Positions 1 through 12,774 of a DNA stretch of 64,000 nucleotides are shown here, piece by piece; positions within the stretch are counted from its first letter, which is position 1, and each line of letters starts with the position of its first letter. Source of the stretch: Eledone cirrhosa. Its lineage: Eukaryota. Made by a program: the position numbers and the translations under genes. Location: positions 303,366,001 to 303,430,000 of the forward strand of contig OZ024741.1 of the NCBI GenBank assembly GCA_964016885.1. Direction: 5' to 3'. Under the pieces are notes generated by a model. It saw nothing but the letters and a program-made list of their open reading frames with translations, did not search any database and was not told the DNA's origin.

Positions 1-204
1 CGGTGAAATGTAATGAAAACGAAAAAAGAGAAAATTAGCGACAGAAATGTAAACGTTATGATATAACGATGCAAATATATGAACATTTATATAAGTGATG
101 TGATATAGCGTCCGTTATATTATAAGCGGAAGTATTGACATTTGAAAATTTTGAAAGAAGTTAATCTTAAAATAAGTAATCATTATCTCTAAGGCGGGTA
201 AAAT

Positions 205-355
205 TCCCGAGATCCATGGACGAGTTCTCTCCAGCGGTCTCTGTCCCTCATTATCGCTGCCATGTCCTGCGTCTTCAACAGACCAGTGTCTGTCCTTAGG
301 GCATCAACATACGTTAACCTTGGTCTTCCTCTTCTAGTGTGTCCAGTGGATTGTG
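205..355 (-). mobile_element. RTE-like LINE C-terminal fragment
   Basis: Minus strand reads RRGRPRLTYVDALRTDTGLLKTQDMAAIMRDRDRWRELVH, the GRP..TY.D..DTG..M.DR..WR tail typical of RTE-type ORFs. Confidence 0.7.
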
Positions 356-410
356 ATGGTCAATTACTTTATGTCAATTAATCAGGTAGCTATTTTTTAT
401 TCGGTCTAAG

Positions 411-412
<2 letters not shown>

Positions 413-502
<90 letters not shown>
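413..502. repeat. (TG)n microsatellite
   Basis: Pure dinucleotide run. Confidence 0.98.
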
Positions 503-504
<2 letters not shown>

Positions 505-544
505 CAGCAGCAGCATTATCCCAGATTTTGGGACATTATTTCAT

Positions 545-860
545 GGTGGATTGGCAGTACCGGTAGAGGGTCGGACGCCATGCTTTGATGCATAGAGTTA
601 CGGTCCTTGCCATTCTGAGTTCAAATCCCGCCTAGGTTTACTTTGCCTTTCATCCTTACGAGGTCGATAAAATAAAGTTCCAGTAATGCACTGGGTAATT
701 GCTGGCCTTGTGCCAAAAGTAGAAACAATTATTTCATGGTTAACTTTGCCTTTTATCCTCACGGGGTCGATGAAATAAAGCACCAGTAATGCATTGGGGT
801 CGATTTAATCAACTTTCCCCTCCCCTCAAATTGTGGGCCTTGTGCCTATTCTAGAACCAA
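545..860 (+). mobile_element. tRNA-derived SINE family A, full copy plus a second partial 3' unit
   Basis: A box TGGCAGTACCGG, B box GAGTTCAAATCC, body GCCTTTCATCCTTACG.GGTCGATAAAATAAAG; more than 20 copies in the window. Confidence 0.9.
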
Positions 861-905
861 TTATTTCTCTGAGTCTCAATTGTGTTTTGTATAAGATTAA
901 CAATA

Positions 906-1150
906 GGCGCTGAATTAGCAGAATGGTTAGAACATCGAAGAGAATGTTGCATGTTATTTATTCCGGGCTCTCTGCACTCTAAGTTCAAATCTTATCGAGG
1001 TCGACTTTGCCTTTCATCCTTTCGATGTCGATAAACAAAAGTGCCAGTCCAGTACTGAGCTGATTCTTCCTCTCTATGTCTTTCTCACTTCCTCTGTCAC
1101 TCTCCCTTTCCTTCTCGGGAGTAAATCGGAAGTGTTCAGATCTGGAGAAG
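906..1150 (+). mobile_element. SINE family A variant with extended CT-rich tail
   Basis: GTTCAAATC...GCCTTTCATCCTTTCGATGTCGATAAA then CCAGTCCAGTACTG, CT tract, AAATCGG..GTGTTCAGA. Confidence 0.75.
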
Positions 1151-2050
1151 GGATGTGCTCCGCTGGTTTTTCAAATATCCAAGATATGTCGGGTGTCACT
1201 ATGATAACCTCACGACTCAATGAAGAGTTAAGGGTTTATGCATAGAGTTAGTAATTTTTTGAAATAGAAGTATTTTCTGAAGAGCACGGTCTGAAGAGTA
1301 AGGTCTATAAATTTTATGCAGTCTTTGCTATGTTGAGATTACCACTAATGGTGAGTCCTATTACTTCTCGTGACTTTGAGGGATCTAGAAAGTTCTATAG
1401 GTTGGTGAGTACACCACTGTTTTCTTTATTTGTGTAGAGATTTTGTCAGTATCCAGGTAAAGGGGACAAGATTGGCATGACCCCATTGGAGATTGATTTT
1501 GAGGTCTCTGATTATAGAGACAGTACAGGTTGGTGGGAGCTAATTAAGTTACATGTGAATGACGTTTGGGTGCAGCAGGTTAGGTAAGCATGATATCAGC
1601 TGCATGGGAGTGAGCATTGTTGAAGGTAACAGCAAGTATGTCTTTGGTGTATAGGAAAGTGTGGGAAGATTGCAACAGCGGTGATAAAGCGTGGATCAAA
1701 GAGAACGAGAGAAGGGAATATAGAGAAACGGGAGAAATATGAGAGGAGAGAGAGAAGGGAAGAGAGAGTGGGAATAGAGAGCGTAAAAGAGAGAAAGGAA
1801 TATCGTCAGCACAATCTGCGGTTGTAACTAACAGGAAACCTTTAAATCGAAAGACGGGAGATGGATAGAGCCTATAGACAGGCAATTTAGAGTATTTGCT
1901 TGCCTGATACGATCGAATGCTTAGCTGATGTCAAGTTCAATGAGACTGTTTTCGCCACATTTCTGAATGGTGAGGTTTCATTGATTAGTAACATAGGAGA
2001 ACAGGAAGCCGCATTTGAGGTCATTAAGAGATTAGATATTTTAAAAGAGG
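1150..2050 (-). mobile_element. highly decayed CR1/Jockey-like LINE fragments
   Basis: Minus-strand peptides ILAVTFNNAHSH (GDFNAH-like) and GENSLIELDIS (ALDISKAFD-like); many stops. Confidence 0.4.
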
Positions 2051-2299
2051 CCTTTATTAATGACTATCTCGATCACCCTTGCGATGTTGGATGTGAATGT
2101 TAGATGGATAGTTGAATGGGACCCGTGAAAGGTTTCAAAGATCGATATAGATCTTTCAGTAGATCAAAAGATTGCATTCCCGCATGTATATTGTTGGGTA
2201 CATATATGTATGTATGGACCCATACTCCTGATAGAGTCGCAGACGCATCGCCAGGACATACTAGCCTTGCGCACTGTAAACCTGGCGGAGCCCATCCCC

Positions 2300-2527
2300 T
2301 CTCCAGGTTGGAATACAGCCGATTTCTTTCAGAGCGAGAGATAGAGATAAGGAGAGAGAGAGAGAGGCGGGGGAGAAAGAGATATAGAGGAATAATCGAC
2401 CGCAATACTGGACTGGTGCTTTTTATCGACCTCGAAAGAATGGAAGGCAAAGTTGGCCTCGGTGGGAGAACCGCAACAGGTACCGCAAAGTATTCTAGCT
2501 CACATTCTAACGGCTCTGCCAATTCGT
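2300..2527 (-). mobile_element. SINE family A extended-tail variant
   Basis: TTATCGACCTCGAAAGAATGGAAGGCAAAGTT with AG tract and ACAGCCGATTTC. Confidence 0.75.
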
Positions 2528-2604
2528 CACTCGTGGTACATCTTATATATACACGGCAGTTAAACAGCCAGGCATTTGACTTTTCGGTAAAAGTATCTTG
2601 ATAT

Positions 2605-2760
2605 GAGCCAACAAAAGAGTTGCTCAATTTGCAAGAAATGACAACCAAAAATCCCTTAAATCATACATTGGATAATGTAGTCGTAGATATGATAAAAATA
2701 CACGGCTGAAATAAATTTGATTGTACATTTGATCGATTAGAACTGTATGTTCTGAACCCG
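2605..2760 (+). repeat. dispersed repeat family C (also ~3110-3240, 24850-24970, 48200-48320 -, 49700-49920 -, 60350-60420, 62085-62325)
   Basis: Shared GAAAT..CA.CCAAA..CCCT.AAATCA...CATTGGATAATGTAGTC motifs; (AAC)n-like tail in some copies. Confidence 0.55.
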
Positions 2761-2934
2761 TAATTCCTAATGGACTCTTCATCACTTTAGATCTGGCGGA
2801 ACCCATTTCTCTACATGTCGGAACACTGCCAAAGAAGGAAAAATATAGAGGTATACACATATTCATATAAACACACACACATATATGTATATATATAGAG
2901 AGAGAGAAGTGAAATGAGAAAGAGATATAGAGAA

Positions 2935-3080
2935 AGAATCGACTCCAATACTGGATTGGTACTTGAAAGGATGAAAGGTAAATATGATTTCGGTGGGATT
3001 TGAACTCAGAGCACAGAAAACCAGAACGAATACTGCAATACATTCTCTCCTACTTTCTAACGACTCCCACATTCACCTCC
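2935..3080 (-). mobile_element. SINE family A (degraded)
   Basis: GAAGGATGAAAGG...GGGATTTGAACTCAGA. Confidence 0.75.
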
Positions 3081-3789
3081 TTTCTCCTATAAACCATACA
3101 TCAAATAATTTATGAAACATTACTTTGAATAATGTAGTCGTAGATGCTCTAATAAAAATATGATATGGCCATGGCTGAAGTGCATTTGATCGGAAGTCTG
3201 ATCAATCAAGGTTGACATGGGGTTAAACAACAACAATAATCTAAAAATAGTAACTAGTTACTAAGTTTTCTGAATCAACTAAAATATGATCAGTAAAGCA
3301 ACAACAACAAATACATGAGCCTTGTCTCCGACACTACAAAAACAACAACAAAACTGTCTCCATCACAGCATAAACTCAGTTTATGTGTGAAATTAATCGA
3401 TCGTTGCATAATAGTCGCCAACAATGTTGTTGTTTTTGTTGATGCTGACTGCTTTGTAATCAGCACTGTTGTTCTTGTTCTAATTGTAGTTGTAGTTACC
3501 AGCTGCACTTCAATTTTTGTGAAGGCCCTTCCCCTGATCTTCCACTTCCTTCGGTTTCATCAAAGACTTCGATAATAATACCCAGTATATAGGTTCATAT
3601 GTTAAACATGATACATGTTCTCGTCCGTTACATATTTTAAGGTTTTGTTACACAACTGACAAAGTCTTTGTTGAGTTATCGGTTTTTAGAACCCGTTTAG
3701 TATACATAAATACATACATCACACACAGACACGCCCCCCCCCCCACACACACACATATATATATATACACACACACACACACATATATA

Positions 3790-3824
<35 letters not shown>

Positions 3825-4147
3825 ACTATAATAATATTTGAAGTGGGAATAATGAATTAGCAAGACAGTTCATTGTGCATTAATCTCCCCGCGGTCGATG
3901 AAATAAGTGGCGAAACAAACAGTTGGTTTAACTAAATCGATTCTTCAGCTTCTCCATAGAAAAGTTTGACCCTATGGCAAATCAATTGAAATCATCATGC
4001 GTAAACATTATTCGCGAGACTGTAAATTGTTAGAGGAAGACTGAATAGCAAAACAAAAATTAGAAACCAAAGCTGACCAGAAACAATCCAGTAATTTAGT
4101 GAATTACACTTATGAAATGTATTCTTTATTAATTACATTTATAGAGA

Positions 4148-4420
4148 ATGCGCGTGTCTTAGTGGTTATAGTGTTCGGCTTATGATCTTGAGTTCGATTC
4201 CCGGCGGCGAATTGTACCCTTGAGCAAGACACTTTATTTCACATTGCTCCAGTCCACTCAGCTGACAAAAATAAATTTTACCTGTATCTGAAAGGACCGG
4301 CTTTGTGTCATGCTGAATTTCCCTGGAACTATGTTAAGAGTACACGTGTCTGTGAAATGTACTTGCACGTAAATTTCTTGAGCAGGCTGTGACTCTCGTC
4401 GTCGGAAACGACAAGGGGCC
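4148..4420 (+). mobile_element. tRNA-derived SINE family B (CORE-like domain)
   Basis: TTAGTGGTTA..GTG..GAGTTCGATTCCC head then CCTTGAGCAAGACACTTTATTTCACATTGCTCCAGTCCACTCAGCTG. Confidence 0.85.
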
Positions 4421-4775
4421 AACATGTACATTTTTTAACTTATTCAGAATCTGTTAGTTTACTGTCACATTAAGAAAGGTTACGCTCACAAGATTAAGAA
4501 TATTTCTCACTGAGATTGTTTGAAAATAATGACTCTGTTATTTAATAAGTCTCCTATGAAATCACGGAAAAGCTATAAATTTCATATGAAGTATATGTAA
4601 ATGTGTGACGTCCAAACGAGTATCCTCCACCACCAACTAACTAACCTTCCGACTCTGGGTAGCGGCTGATAGGATGGAGAATGTATTGTCCCGGAGGACG
4701 ACGCGAGAGACACGCTGGAACAATCACTCCACCTCACGGGGTTCTGAATTTTGATCTAGAGCAAAAAAAGAATAA

Positions 4776-5105
4776 GGCGCATGGCTTAATGGTTAGAGCA
4801 TTGGGCTTGCAATTGAGAGGTTGTGAGTTCGATTCTCGGACCGGGTGATGCGTTACGTCCTTGAGCAAGACACTTTATTTCACGTTGTTCCAGTTTATTC
4901 AGCTGTAGAAATAAGTTGTGACGTCACTGGTGCCAAGCTGTATCGGTCATTGTCTTTCCCTTGGACGTCATCGGTGGCGTGGAGAAGGGAAACTGGTGTG
5001 CATGGGCGACTACTGGTCTTCTACTAAACAAACATTGCTCAGACTTGTGCCGCGGAGGAAACTTTCTAGATGCAAAACCATAGTCATTCATGACCGAGTG
5101 GGGCC
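4776..5105 (+). mobile_element. SINE family B (different 3' part)
   Basis: GGCGCATGGCTTAATGGTTAGAGC...GAGTTCGATTC...TCCTTGAGCAAGACACTTTATTTCACGTTG. Confidence 0.85.
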
Positions 5106-5723
5106 TTAAAAAAATTATTTGAACAGACAATAAACAAGAATAGATAGATAAGAGAAAAGGCAAAGAAGTATTTCTTTAAAAAGGGAAGGGGGAAAATGAG
5201 AAGGCAAACTCTACACCCTTGGCTAGTTTGTATATCTCAGTTGTCCACCGCGAATAACATCCAGCGGCACCCGCTCCATCAGTCATTCCACCTTGCAGGG
5301 CTCCTTCCTCAAGCAAGATACACTGCTTTCTATTTTGTAGAGATAAACAGCAGTCCGGGAACCGAGGACACCGGAAGTCTCGATAGCAACCAGCACAAAA
5401 TGGAAATATGCAGTTATTTAACTACAGTCGGACGTCGAAAATTACCCACATAAGAGAAGGAAAAAAGATAGAAAGAAATTGATTGTTGCTGTATACAATA
5501 AAAGTTTAAAAAATATATTTCATTGTTTTTTTTTTTTTTTTTTTTTTTTAAATATACATTTATTTAGGTAAAAGCATTGAGTTATAAAATTAGTCCAAAA
5601 ATCTTCAGATAAGGATTGTTTGGGGCGAGAAAAAAACACACCGAGAGACAGTCAATCAGACAAGCATAGTAACATTTCTGAATGATTAATATATTATTCT
5701 AATTATTTCAACAAGTACTAGTG

Positions 5724-5772
5724 ACAACTCCGAACATGTTTCAGTCTTATTAGACTTCTTCAGTGAAGTTGT
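5724..5772 (-). ncRNA. minimal type I hammerhead ribozyme
   Basis: Minus strand ACAACTTCA-CTGAAGA-AGTCT(AATA)AGACT-GAAAC-AT-GTT-CGGAGTTGT: complete core, 5-bp stem II, palindromic stem III ACATGT, about 8-bp stem I. Confidence 0.75.
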
Positions 5773-6146
5773 GATATGAGTATCATATAGTAAATGATTA
5801 TATCAATATCCATAAAACATGTAATCCGATGACAGAAACCTCTAGTATTTCTGAAATCATCAACACCATCGTCCCCATCCCCATCGGTTTCGTTGACGTT
5901 GTCGTCATTTCTTGGTGGGCATTAAAATGTTGGAGGCTTGACTGTTTTTAACGATTACAGAAACCATGTTTACATTGCAAATGATATAAGACTTTAATGT
6001 AAAATTGTTTCTTTTTCTTTACTTCAAAATTATTTTCAATACACTTTTGATGTTTACCGCTTATAATTAACACTAACGTACATTTATTTTTTTATTTTTT
6101 TCGCGTGGCTGGTTTCTCCGTGTAATCTCACTTAATGGTCTATTTT

Positions 6147-6205
<59 letters not shown>

Positions 6206-6229
6206 ATTATATATATATATATATATATA

Positions 6230-6295
6230 TCAACTTTGCCTTTCATCCTTTCGAGGTCGATAAAAAAGTACTTGTCCAGTACTGGGATCGATTCT
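6230..6295 (+). mobile_element. SINE family A 3' fragment
   Basis: CAACTTTGCCTTTCATCCTTTCGAGGTCGATAAAA. Confidence 0.8.
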
Positions 6296-6319
6296 TTTTC
6301 TGGTGGTCCGCGCCAGCCC

Positions 6320-8625
6320 CTTTTAAACCTACCAGGGCTTTACCAGTAGGATACATAGTTGAACGAATCGAAAGTCGCCTTGAGTCGATGAAGGCGACGT
6401 AGAGGTGGCGATCTTTTCGGAACTCCCGAGATCTTTCAATAACGAGATGGAGGGAAGTATTGTGGTCGGCAGTAGATCGATTTGGTATGAATCGGGTTTG
6501 TTGTGGGTGACGTCTGCTTCTAATGGCAAGAGAGCACGGCTGAGAAGGATGTTGGTGAAGAGCTTGCTCGAAATGGAGAAGAAGAGAGGAAGGTGAGGCA
6601 CCTGTGGTTGCTGCAGATGAGTTTGACACCCTTCCGTTTCCAGAAGGAGAGGATAGTGCCCCAGGTCTAATCATTTGGTTGATGATGCGAGTGAGCAACT
6701 GGATTATATTATCTCCACCGGCCTTCAATATCTCCATGGTGATAGTACAGATTGCAGGGACTTTGTGGTCGGTCGTTGAGCTTCTTCAGGGCGGCACATA
6801 TTCCGTCGGAGGTGACAGGCTCGAGTCTGCACTTGTCGCTGGTTGCAGCTGTGTCTGCGGTGATGGTCAGGCAGGAATCGATTGGGATGGGTGGGTGATG
6901 AAGGAGAAGTCTAAAGTTTAGGTCGAGAGAAAAGAAAAGAGGTCATATGATTAATAGAAAATATATTACACGAATATTCAAAGATATGGAAAAATCTCTA
7001 AGATGTATATAATTACATATGTATTCAAACATGCGTCTATATATTATTGAATTTGTACATTAACAATATATTACAATATGTTCGACAACCAACAATGGGC
7101 ACTGACACAGTGACATACATAAAAATACAAGCACAGGCCCCGACGACGAGTTTTCCAGTTGTTTGATTAACTGTTCCACCTGCTCTTGAAATTGACGTAC
7201 GATTAGTTGAGCATTCTATAAACACATGTACCTTTAACATAATTCTCAGGGAGATTGTGCGACAAGCTGACGCTTTTGAATTGCAGGTAGAGCTCATTTT
7301 CGCCAGCTGAGTTGATTGAAGCAACGTGAAATAAAATGTCTCGTTCAAAGAATCGTGACAGTCGGGAATCTCACTCATGACCTCACGATCGTGTGAGGCA
7401 AGCGGTCTGTGTGGTGATGACGTCGCCATTGGTATCCTTCACCAGGTTTCTTTTGATATAGGGACCTGTAGGATTATGCGGAGCGTGTTGAACACTTGGC
7501 TGAAGTTATTGTTCCTTGCCGCTGCTTCCAGGCGCTCGGTGTCTTCCGCCCAGAGCTTCTCCCAGTCATCTGTAATGGCTTCGTTGTGTATCTGGTTGAG
7601 CCGGCGATACTCATTCATGTCGCTGCGCAGGTGAACCTAGCGACGAAAGTTGCTTATCTCCAGCGTCTGCAGTGAGATCTGAGGCCGTTTGGGAAGAGGT
7701 CTTGAGTTTACTAGGACTTCGCGCGCAGACTGGTTGACACTTGATTTAAAGATCTCCTGGTTGTCGGTCTCGTCTCCGGCCATGGTGCTATGCCATTGGC
7801 GATAGATCACGCAAATATAGAGGCAATTTTGGGATCACGGAGACATGATGAGTCAAAGCGGGACTGGTGCTTGGTGGCAGAGTTCACCAGCCAGCTCAGC
7901 TTCAGTATCGCAACCAGCTATCGATGGTAGGTATTGCCAGCTTCCGGGTCACCAGAGGAGCTCGTGACAAACGACCTCCAGCGACGGGAGATGATGATGT
8001 GATAGATTGCCTTCCATGTGTAACCGTCAAGACTGTACCAAGTCCAGTGATAGATGAGTTTGTAGGGGAGCCAGGTGTCAGTGATACAGAGATTGTTGTA
8101 GTGGTACAGGAGTAGCGGGAGATTACCGTTGTCATTGGTGGATAGGTCAGTGAAGGTTGTGCCCATGGGCTGAGTCAGCAATGGATCGGTTGGAGGGAGC
8201 CTGGTAGAAGAGGAGCTGGTAGCCGTCAGGATTATCGTGATATAGGGTAGGATTTGTCTTCAAACCTGCCGGAGGTGGTCGTAATAGTCGTCCTTGACAG
8301 TGTCCTCTGCGATGTCTGTAGGGGTATAGACAATGACGATAGTCATCTTATAGTGCCGGTGGAGTAAACGGGTGGACAGCAAACGATTGTTCACGCGGGT
8401 TTCAGCTGATGAACGACTTGTGAACGTGCTTGGGTATGGCCAGTGCCACTCCAGATGGGACAGTGGTCTTCCGCGATGAATTCACCACTGCCAGGCCAGC
8501 ATGTCTCGCAGAGTCTCGCCAGTGTGATGTAGTGGGTTATTTCTCGGACAGCACAGTGGCTGCCAGGGCGCGAAGGAGCGAAAGGAAATTCCATGTAGCA
8601 ACACGAATTTTGTAGGTTCATACAT
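6320..8625 (-). mobile_element. decayed RTE-clade LINE (APE endonuclease to RT N-half), interrupted at ~6922-7395
   Basis: LCETCWPGSGE (APE N-term SETRWPGSG-like), EILKAGG, FIPNRSTADH, IERSREF...LYVAFID; frameshifted. Confidence 0.8.
6922..7395 (-). mobile_element. 5'-truncated SINE B plus ~215 bp 3' flank, paralogous to 9370-9845
   Basis: Colinear similarity to 9370-9845; ORFs 7037-7429 and 9475-9828 share most residues. Confidence 0.85.
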
Positions 8626-8863
8626 ACATATTTCGGCAAGAACAGTGAAATATACGTTCCCTGAAGAGATGTAATAACACGGACATAAACTCGTTCATAT
8701 TTCTCGTTCATGCCAAAATTATTAATATATCAGTCATTGATTTTAATATTTTTTACTTAAAAGGAGCATAAAAATTGGATTAAATATGTTAAAAGTAATT
8801 TAACTATATAAGTTGACAGCTGTCAGGATTCTTTATTCACTTTTTCCTTTGTCTTTCTGAGAG

Positions 8864-9282
<419 letters not shown>

Positions 9283-9589
9283 AGTATCTGTTTCAACACA
9301 TGTTTGCAGATAAGAGATGTTGCAAAAGAAATACACAAACGAAATTTATAGAGATATAGAAAAGAGAGGTTGGGAGAAAGAAAAGAAAAAAGTCATATGA
9401 TTAATAGAAAATATATTACACGAATATTTAAAGATGTCGACAAATCTTTAAGATGTATATAATTACATATGTACTCAAACACGCGTGTATATATTATTGA
9501 ATTTGTACATTAACAGTGTATTACAATATGTTCGACAACTAACAACGTGCACAGGCAGAGGCACATACATAAAAATATAGGGACAGGTT

Positions 9590-9878
9590 CCGATAACGAG
9601 TTTTCCAGTTGTTTGATTAACAGTTCTACCTGCTCTTGAAATTGACGTACAATTAGTTGAGCATTCCACAAACACGTGTACCTTTAACATAATTTTCATG
9701 GAGATTGTGCGACATGCTGAGGCCCTTGAATTGCAGGTACAGCTCATTTTCGCCAGCTGAGTTGATTGGAGCAACGTGAAATAAAATGTCTTGCTAAAAG
9801 AATAGGGACAGGCGGGAATCGAACTCACGATTTCACGATCGTGAGTCGAACACCTTAAGCACTATGCCACGCACCTCC
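9590..9878 (-). mobile_element. SINE family B, full length
   Basis: Minus strand GGTGCGTGGCATAGTGCTTAAGG...GAGTTCGATTCCC...AGCAAGACATTTTATTTCACGTTGCTCC. Confidence 0.85.
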
Positions 9879-10064
9879 ACACATAGGTGTACGCCCTTTA
9901 ATGCGAATTATTTTCTTCTCTTTTTACTAGTTTCAGTCATAAATAGACTATAGAAGACACAACATACCCAAAGTACGGTGCAGCAAGATCGATCCCGGGA
10001 AGTCTGAGTTGCCAAGATAAGTTCTTAATCACCATCATCATCATCATCATCATCATTATTGTCA

Positions 10065-11049
10065 CTAGCAGAAAAACCACCCTTCCGATGGTTTTCTGCT
10101 AGCGTGTGTAGTGTGCATATTGATATTAGCCTCGCCATCACCCGAGGTAACACTGCGAGTGTGCTGGCTTTCCTAAAAAATCATTAGAGAGGTTGCCCAG
10201 TACTCCTCGCTGCTGTCTTTTGCTCTAGTGGTGGCTCGGTTGTTCACCCCTTCATTTACATTTTCTTTAATATTGCAACATTAAAGGAATATATCCTTCT
10301 GACAGAATCGTGAGCAATTTATAATTGTTTCTACTTTAGGCACAAGGCCAGCAATTACCCAGTACATTACTGGTACTTTATTTTATCGACCCCGTAAGGA
10401 TGAAAGGCAAAGTCAACCTCGGCGGGATTTGAACTCAGATCGTAAAGGGACGTAACTATGCTGGAAAGCATGGCGTCCGACCCTCTACTGATACTGCCAA
10501 TCCACTGTGAGCAATTTATAATGTTATCTAAGCATTTGTAATATTATTTATGTATATATCTAAAACATATTTGTTATGTTATTCTACTGTAAATTTATTT
10601 ATATGCTTATATATCATATGTGTTCATATTTTCACTCCCATTTGTAACGTTATTTAATAAAATAAAAATATATATGCATGTAGATATGATACATCAAATA
10701 AAATCGTAATTGACAATATACACAGAAATTGAACGAAGACAGCGTTAGCACTCTCTTATGTAATCAGTAACGTAATCCATGATTCATTAAAAAAAGACGA
10801 TATTAGGATATAATTAGTGACAGAAATATATGAATGTTTATTTAAGCGATCGCTAACCGGAAGTGTTGACATTTGAACATTTTAAAGAAGTGAATGTTTA
10901 AATAAACAATAAAATATACGAAATTTAGTAGATAAATTATGTAATATTCATTCATTATTTATTCAAAGTAATCCTACTTATTTTACTAACTGGAATAAAA
11001 GAAATAAACCGTACGCAGTCCCGCACTCCTTACTTTATTATAGTTTAGA
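10065..11049 (-). mobile_element. non-autonomous Helitron-like element (contains a SINE insertion)
   Basis: Minus strand starts A|TCTAAACTATAATAAAG and ends with a hairpin AAAACCA..TGGTTTTT then CTGCTAG|T; internal 10700-10920 is homologous to 70-190 and 27040-27228 (opposite strand). Confidence 0.55.
10323..10506 (-). mobile_element. SINE family A, young copy with TSD GTGAGCAATTTATAAT
   Basis: Near-identical to the 27781 and 51727 copies; the direct repeat flanks both ends. Confidence 0.95.
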
Positions 11050-11457
11050 TAATTTAACGCCCGTTTTTCCATTCTTGAATAAGTTGGATGGTGTGTATAT
11101 TAAGGATTGTTTTTTCTAGCTGGATGTTCTGCCTATCACCAATCCGGTCACAGTATGGAATTGATGCATTTTATCGTGCCACCAACAACAGAGATGTTGT
11201 TTGAAAATTATGTATATATATATATATTTTTTATTTTATTAGGGTGTTTCAAATTTATGTTGAAATCACCTCATGACAATTGCGACCTGCATTCATTTTA
11301 CATAAATGGTATAACGGGGAAAATACGAGGAGATAATGGAATATTTAGGGGTTGGACTGTTTGGTGCTTTTTAAATGCTGTCTAAAAAAAAAAAAAAAAA
11401 AAATTACTTCAACACTTGTTGGTTGTAGATAGGCTGCATTATTTAGAAAGGTGAAGG

Positions 11458-11672
11458 GTGGTGGATTGGCAGTATCGGTAGACAGTCGGACCCCATGCTT
11501 TGCAGTATAGATGTACGGCCCTTTATGATCTAAGTTCAAATTCCGCCGAGGTTAATTTACCTTTCATCCTTACGGGGTCGATAAAATAAACTACCAGTCA
11601 CGCACTGGGGTCGATTTAATCGACTTTCCCCATCCCCAAAATTGCTGGCCTTGAGCCTATATAAGAAACCAT
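11458..11672 (+). mobile_element. SINE family A
   Basis: GGTGGATTGGCAGTATCGG...GTTCAAATTCC...CCTTTCATCCTTACGGGGTCGATAAAAT. Confidence 0.9.
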
Positions 11673-12119
11673 TATTCGTTAAAAAAAGAAGAATTTGGTA
11701 TCACATTGATGAAATGAACTTTTCGATATTTTTTTTGATAAGTCAACAATGTAATGAGTTAACAATAAGGTTCTAATGCAAGGTTGATTGTATTGTTGGT
11801 TCAGTATTGGTTTTGTTAGCGAGCTGTAAACACGCTGGTTCTCGTCACAATCCACCCGATGTTATAAAGTTACGAAATAATTTTCTTTTTTGTTGCTATG
11901 TTCTTAACCTGAATGGGTTCCAGAAATGTAAGAATCCAAAGGCTCTAAAAATAACTGATTGATTGATTTTGCTTTTCATCTTTCAGAGTGAATAGAAAAT
12001 GTAAACCAGAAAAGCCATTTGGCTGCTTGAGAAAAAGCTCAAGTGGAAGATACCTCAGACTCTACTCCCCAAACAACGCAATGAGTGCTCTTGTGTTTTC
12101 TCTACCATCACGTCACACT

Positions 12120-12300
12120 CACCGAGATAATTTCAGTCGTTGTGTTGGAGTATTGTGGTAAAGGCAAAAGCCTACAACAGACGAGGTATGAGATGCTACT
12201 TATGTACCACTAGAAAACTAAATACCATAGCCTCATCAACCAATATCTTGTTCTCATGCTTACACACAAAAATGTTCTTTTTGTGTCACTTCAAACATAA
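12120..12300 (+). mobile_element. Penelope-like element, GIY-YIG C-terminal remnant
   Basis: WSIVVKAKAYNRRGMRCYLCTTRK...SCLHTKMF resembles the W.I..KA..Y....C.LC..EK...CRH..KF tail. Confidence 0.65.
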
Positions 12301-12774
12301 TTATTCACTGGACAGTACACCGGATAACCCACTACTCCACGGAGTATCTACCAGATAACGATGTGTAACATATTGTGTATATGTGGGAGGGCCCTCACCC
12401 ACACTCCGTCTAGACTCTATACATCGTCAACCAATGCCAAGCCCCAGGCCTTACTATAAGAGGGTAACTCAGCATCATCTATTTCACTACTCATATGTGC
12501 TATACATCAGATACCATACATTATACTCTATAATCCTTATATTCTTTAATCCCATATCATATTATTATTTTGATATTTAATTATATTTTTAAATTAACAT
12601 TTTTCTGATTTTTAAATTTTAAATTAAATTTATTTTAAATAAAAATAAATGATTTTGTTATTTTATTTATTCGATAAATTTTTTTATTTCTTTTCTTCCA
12701 TTTTTCCATTTAATCATTTTGTCATTTCTGGCATCAAACTAATTTTTTTTCCTTATCCCCTTTATTGTTCATTC

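Noticed and set aside
4776-4850. tRNA genes at SINE heads (also 9810-9878, 37585-37655, 38070-38150)
   Set aside because: A and B boxes are present but the cloverleaf is incomplete, and most continue into SINE bodies
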